This document shows positions 55,991 to 64,000 of a stretch of 64,000 nt of DNA, piece by piece. The DNA is from the human T2T-CHM13v2.0 reference genome, Homo sapiens, in assembly GCF_009914755.1 (NCBI RefSeq), contig NC_060947.1; one strand, written 5' to 3'. The notes below the pieces were generated by a model. That model did no database searches and was not told the origin of the DNA. It saw only the letters and a list, made by a program, of their open reading frames with translations. A program made the translations under genes and the position numbers. Position 1 is the first letter of the stretch; every line of letters starts with the position of its first letter.

Positions 55991-56899
55991 ACAGCGATTC
56001 AAATAGATATTTGTATACCAACATTCGTAGCAGCATTATTTACCATAGCCAAAAAGTAGAAGCAACCCAAGTATCCTGATGAATGGATAAGCAACTGATG
56101 AATGAATAAGGATGCTATACATGTACAGGGGAATATTATTCAGCTTTAAAAAGGAAAAATTCTGACACATGCTACAACACGGATGAACCTTGAAGACTTT
56201 ATGCTAAGTGAAATAAGCCAGACACAAAAGACAAATATAGTATGATTACACATACATGAGGTACCTAGAGTAGTCAAATGCATAGAGTCAGAAAGTAGAA
56301 CAGTGGTTGCCAGGGACTAGGGGAAGGGGGTAAAGGGAAGTTTTTGTTTAAGTGGGTTCAGAGTTAATTCAGTTGGGCATGATGAAAAAGTTCTGGAGAT
56401 GGATAGCAGTGATGGTTACACAACAATGTGAAGGTAGTTAACACCACTGAATTGTACACTTAAAAAGGCTAAAATGGTAAATTTTATGTTATGTATATTT
56501 TACCTCATTTAAAAATATAAAATTTTAAAAAAGAAGCTCCGGGCACTTGGCACTACACTTTCCATTACATAATCAGCCAATGGCCTACTTGGAATTGAGA
56601 CTTCCAATTCCACTTGCCTTTTGATTGGGAGAAGAATTAAATCTATGAAACATGGCTCCATCTTATCTTCTAAATGCCTGTCTTCCCCTTTTTGATTTCA
56701 CTTGTCACTATAGGAAGAAAGAGGACTCCATAAGAGAGGCCAGTGACTGCTTGGGTTTTTTTGCAATACTGACCCAATGGGCAGAGACCATTATTTCTCT
56801 CCCTTCCATTTTTCCTCTTCCATCCTCTAAAGATCTCTAGTGTTGCTTTGCTGGTTGTTATAGTGATCTTTGAAGCAATAGTCACTTTTGCAGCTGTTT

Positions 56900-59167
<2,268 letters not shown>

Positions 59168-60281
59168 CTACAAGCCAGCCAGATTTAGATGTGTTACTCT
59201 AGGACACCTGGAAAAACTTATGGGCCCTTTGGGGGTGGCTGGGATGTCTAACCCCAGAGATGTGAGCGGACCCAGAGAGCTGAGCCAATGATGGGAGATT
59301 GACAAAAATACCTGCAAAGTTTCTCAGTCAGGTAGGAGTATTCGAAAACATTGTTAAGCTGTGTTTGAAAGTAAATATAGTTCTCTGGGCCAGAAGAATG
59401 GAGAAATGGAAGGAGACAGGGTGGGAAGAGACAGAAGATAAAAGTGAGAAGGAAGGAGCAGAGAAAGACATTTGGAAGGACATCAGAATGAAACAGGAAG
59501 AGAAAACCTAGGCTTTTCCTGCCTAATGCTAGATATTTGGCCCCTTTACTCACAGGTGCTAGCTATAACAAAATAGCATTTCTGCCCACCCCACCTCCAT
59601 TTTGCACAAATACACACTTCAATGTGAAACTTACAACTTCGAATGTTTACATCAGACCAAGAAGAAAAAACAGAAGTTATTTTTCTGCTATAAATGTAAG
59701 TTATTCCTCTTGTCCTCTTCCTTGGTTTGCAGGGCCTGTGAATAGTTAGTATAGTACTCAGCATCTGCTTCTAAGAACCACCTTGGCCAGCTCCATTAAA
59801 AATGTCATATATTAAGAGAGCTCATATAGTGCAATTGGAGCATAGTATTGTTAGTTGTTTCTTAATCTAATCCACTGTCTTTAGATGCTAGGAATGAGAA
59901 TTAGTCAGAGTCTAATCTCTCCAGGGATGTTTTCTTTCCAGGCAAGCCTGGTTTGTCTCCAGTAGAAAAATGGATGAAATCCAATCGTGGCGTGATATGA
60001 CAGGAAAGGAAAGGAAAAGAAAGGCCAACAGGGTTGAGAGAGGCTCAGAGGATGCAAATGGTCATAGAATGTTGAGAAATCCTTTTTTTCTAGAATCACC
60101 AGAAAATGGGGAGCTCCTTTCTGTTTAGAGTCGACATGACCAATCCCAATCAGTTGATGTGGCTGGGCTAAAATAAGCCTCAATGATTGCAGGGGACCTA
60201 ACTGAGGAGAAAAACTGTTGAATGCAAAAAGAAGAATAAACAATGCCATGAGAAAGATCTCATCCCTGTGCGTTATTTTAC

Positions 60282-60576
<295 letters not shown>

Positions 60577-60737
60577 AGCTTCTTTTACTTTAAAACAATT
60601 GAATATTAGTCAGGGCATATACTCAGAATCAGAATTTCTGCACTCAGAATTCTTTTGACTTTTACTTTTCGCACCCAGTTATCCACTGATCTCTTTCCCT
60701 TAGAAGCTCCACACTAAGTCCTATATATAAAGATCTA

Positions 60738-61110
<373 letters not shown>

Positions 61111-62348
61111 AGTCTAGCGCTATTATAAAAAATTACCCATTCCAAAGGCGAAAACAGAAAGCTTCTCTCTGAGTCTCATGTAGCCACTGCAGCTCATTAT
61201 TCACCTGCCTTAATGACAAATTGTATCTTTGTCTACATAGAGTTCCTGCAAACACTTCTAAGCCAGAGTAAAGAAAATATCAAATATAGACAGGAATGGA
61301 ATCTATAATTGTACTGTGGACTGATAGCATATCACGAGCTGTGTGGGTCACAGGCACACCATGCTGTGTATCCCTCACAGGGGAAGGAGGGCATCTGGGG
61401 ATGAAATCTGGAGGAAAGAACAGATGGAGGGTTGATGAAGAGAAGAGATGGAGGAAGGCAGCAGGAAGTGGCCCTGAAGTTAAGGCTCTGCCACAAAGAA
61501 TAGCACAAACTGGGGGAGGCTCTGGAAAGTGGCTTGGATGCATGGAGATAAACTAAGAATCTGAGTATAAAATGTTCATTTTTGGAACCCCTGGTGTATA
61601 TATGTAATTAGCATGCTAAGGGCCAATCTGAGGGCAAAATAGGGCCTCCTGTCTCTTATTCTTCTGTTCTTTTTGCCTCTGTTTCCTTAGAAACAAATCC
61701 ATCAATATCTGAGAACCCCATCCAAGAGAGAACCGCTTTGAAGATATTCAATTCCCAAGTGTTTTGAAGGCAGATGCCAGCTATGCCAAATGAGTCCTTG
61801 AAAGACCTAAATCATTTCCTGATTTAAAGCAGTACGTAAAAAGCCTACCCATCTTTCATGGTAGGATGAGGTATAATCAAGTGCTCAGATGATTCAAATC
61901 TTGTGACAATGAGACTGAGGTTCTGGGCTCAAACCCCCTGTGGCCTGTTTGATTCTCTCCTCCCCAGTTCCAAGCAGTAGAGACTGTGCTCCTGTCCACA
62001 AATTGGTCCTCCTGACCTAGATGGTTATCATGCAAGAACAAGCCACAGATCATATGAGATTCCGGGCAAGGGTCACAGTCATATAGGGCTTAGTTGGTCA
62101 GGCGCTGCATTTAGACAGATCTGTGTTGAAAATTTGTCCTTCTACTCATTACTAGGGGCACCTTAATCGAATTACCCTCTAAGCCTCAGTTTCCACCCCC
62201 CATGGTTAAGATAATTTAGCACATAACTACTGAATCCATCATACCCGTTACTATTCTTATCATTGTTAATAATGGGTACAGATTGAGATCTAAGTGTAAA
62301 TTTGGAAGCTGATCGCTACTGCCATGCTCCCCTCAAGAATTCTCAGAA

Positions 62349-62462
62349 TGGTGGCACATGCCCATAGTCCCAACTACTCGGGAGGCTGAGGTGGGAGTAT
62401 TGCTTGAGCCTAGCAGTCTGAGACCAGCCTGGGCAACATAGCAAGACCCCCTTTCTATTTTT
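62349..62462 (+). mobile_element. FLAM_A-like monomer
   Basis: Monomeric Alu; TSD aattctcagaa on both sides. Confidence 0.82.
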
Positions 62463-63114
62463 AAAATTCTCAGAAGCGATGCAAATTCACCTGACCCAGG
62501 GACAACCTTTAATGCACCTCAAGAGGGGATGTGATTATCAATACTACTTAGTCATCTCAAGTCAGATGAAATCTATCTCCTTTCCCCAGCTGACTGCACC
62601 ACTGGAACAAAGATCAAAGCTCTTGGCCTGTCGATGAGGTTGATAGCTTTATCTTCACATGTAACATGGAAGAGATAGTACCAGGTTAGGGTAGGGGACT
62701 TGTCTAAATCTAGAATGGATGTGGCCAATAGCTCTCAGAATTTTCCAGGGGTTCCCCAGCTAGCTTTCCAAAACTGCTTTCAGCATATTGATTCCTGACA
62801 GCATTGCACTTCAAGAAAAGAGCAACTACAAACTGCCAGCTTGCCCGCATCTCAAAATCAATCACACATGTAGCAGATGCTTGGGTTTCTCTCTTTCTTT
62901 TCCTCTTCCTCCCCTGCAGGAAAGTGTGTGGTTTCTAATAACACTCCTGCTATGTTGTGGCAGGACAGGATGTCAGTTGCACCTGAGGCTACAGAAGTAA
63001 AAGGGTATTCAACAGAAAATTGGCCTACTTAACCCACTTGGGGTAGATTTGATTTCTGCCTTAGTATTAAAACATGAATATCTGTAATTGAAAATGGGCA
63101 TATCCCTAAAGCAA

Positions 63115-63325
63115 ACAATTACTGAGTGACTTACTTGCCAGACAGGGTACTAGCTAGTCTCCACACAAAGCACTTCACTGATTTTCACAACCACCCTCCA
63201 AGGTGGATACATGAAAGAACATATCACATATGAGGAAAAAGGCTCTGAGAGGTGAAGTCACTTGCCTCGGATTACAAGAGTTTATCATTGGCAAGGATTT
63301 GAACCTGCACCTCTCTGATTTCAGA
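63115..63325 (-). mobile_element. MIR SINE
   Basis: atgaggaaaaaggctctgagaggtgaagtcacttgcc...ggatttgaacc. Confidence 0.8.
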
Positions 63326-63867
63326 TCCAATCTGTTCATTTACTTTGTTATTCAAATATTGATTCATGAAATAAACTTGATATTTACTTTATGTAAATTT
63401 CACCCTCAGGGACTTAAAATATTTCTTGCAACATCCAACTTCTGCAAAAACAAGGGATTTGCATTTATGCATCCTAATGCTTGAAATATATGTTGTCTGT
63501 GAAATTTTAGCTATAAAATACCTGTTTGTACATATTACCTAGCAGACAGTGGCACTCAATACATGTTTATTAAAACAACAACAACAACAACAAGGGAATG
63601 TGAAGAAATGCAGGCATTGGAAATGAGTCTTCCTCAGGAAGATGCTGGGTCTTCTATCTTCCATGCATCTGTGACTAGCTTAGCCTGGAATGAATAGGTT
63701 TATGTCTCGATTCAGTGGAGCAATTCCTTCATTACTGTATCATGGCCTAGACAGAAAGGAGGAAAAATGAGCAAGGAATCCAAGATTCTAAAGCACAGCC
63801 TGAATTTGTAAGGCCAGTTTTTCACATCAACATTCCCAGTTGAAAGGAATATTAAAGCTAGAAAGGG

Positions 63868-63995
63868 CAAGGCACGGTGGCTCACACTTGTAATCCCAGC
63901 ACTTTGGGAGGCCAGGCAGGAGGATTGCGTGAGGCCAGGAGTTTGAGACCTGGAGTATGCAAAGCCTGGTCAATATGGTGAGACCCTGTCTCTTC
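63868..63995 (+). mobile_element. Alu left arm / FLAM_C at window edge
   Basis: ggcacggtggctcacacttgtaatcccagcactttgggagg. Confidence 0.88.
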
Positions 63996-64000
63996 TTATT

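Noticed and set aside
56591-56613. 8-bp stem tggaattg...caattcca
   Set aside because: Within chance expectation for 64 kb

Overview
This is 64 kb of primate (human-like, catarrhine) non-coding DNA, intronic or intergenic. It is CpG-depleted and dominated by interspersed repeats: about 30 Alu/FLAM copies, L1PA/L1MA/L1MB/L1MC-E fragments, long degraded L2s, MIRs, MaLR/ERVL/ERV1 LTRs and hAT/Tigger MITEs. I find no supportable host protein-coding exon, tRNA, rRNA or CpG island. The protein-like ORFs I can recognise are L1 ORF1/ORF2 remnants and one gammaretroviral env TM tail. I cannot support a new multi-gene system. The most notable signals are molecular scars: (1) an L1-retroposed, polyadenylated, U5-less copy of an ERV1 (LTR9-like) mRNA with a TSD at 49055-49929; (2) a perfect 37-bp inverted templated insertion filling a ~200-bp deletion in an MSTA LTR (31743-32005); (3) an L1MA whose central ~3.5-4 kb is replaced by a single TSD-less Alu; (4) two inverted MLT1A LTRs carrying Alus at the same homologous site; (5) two tiny poly(A)+TSD micro-retrocopies. 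Repeat family names come from recalled consensus sequences, not a database search, and boundaries of old elements are approximate.
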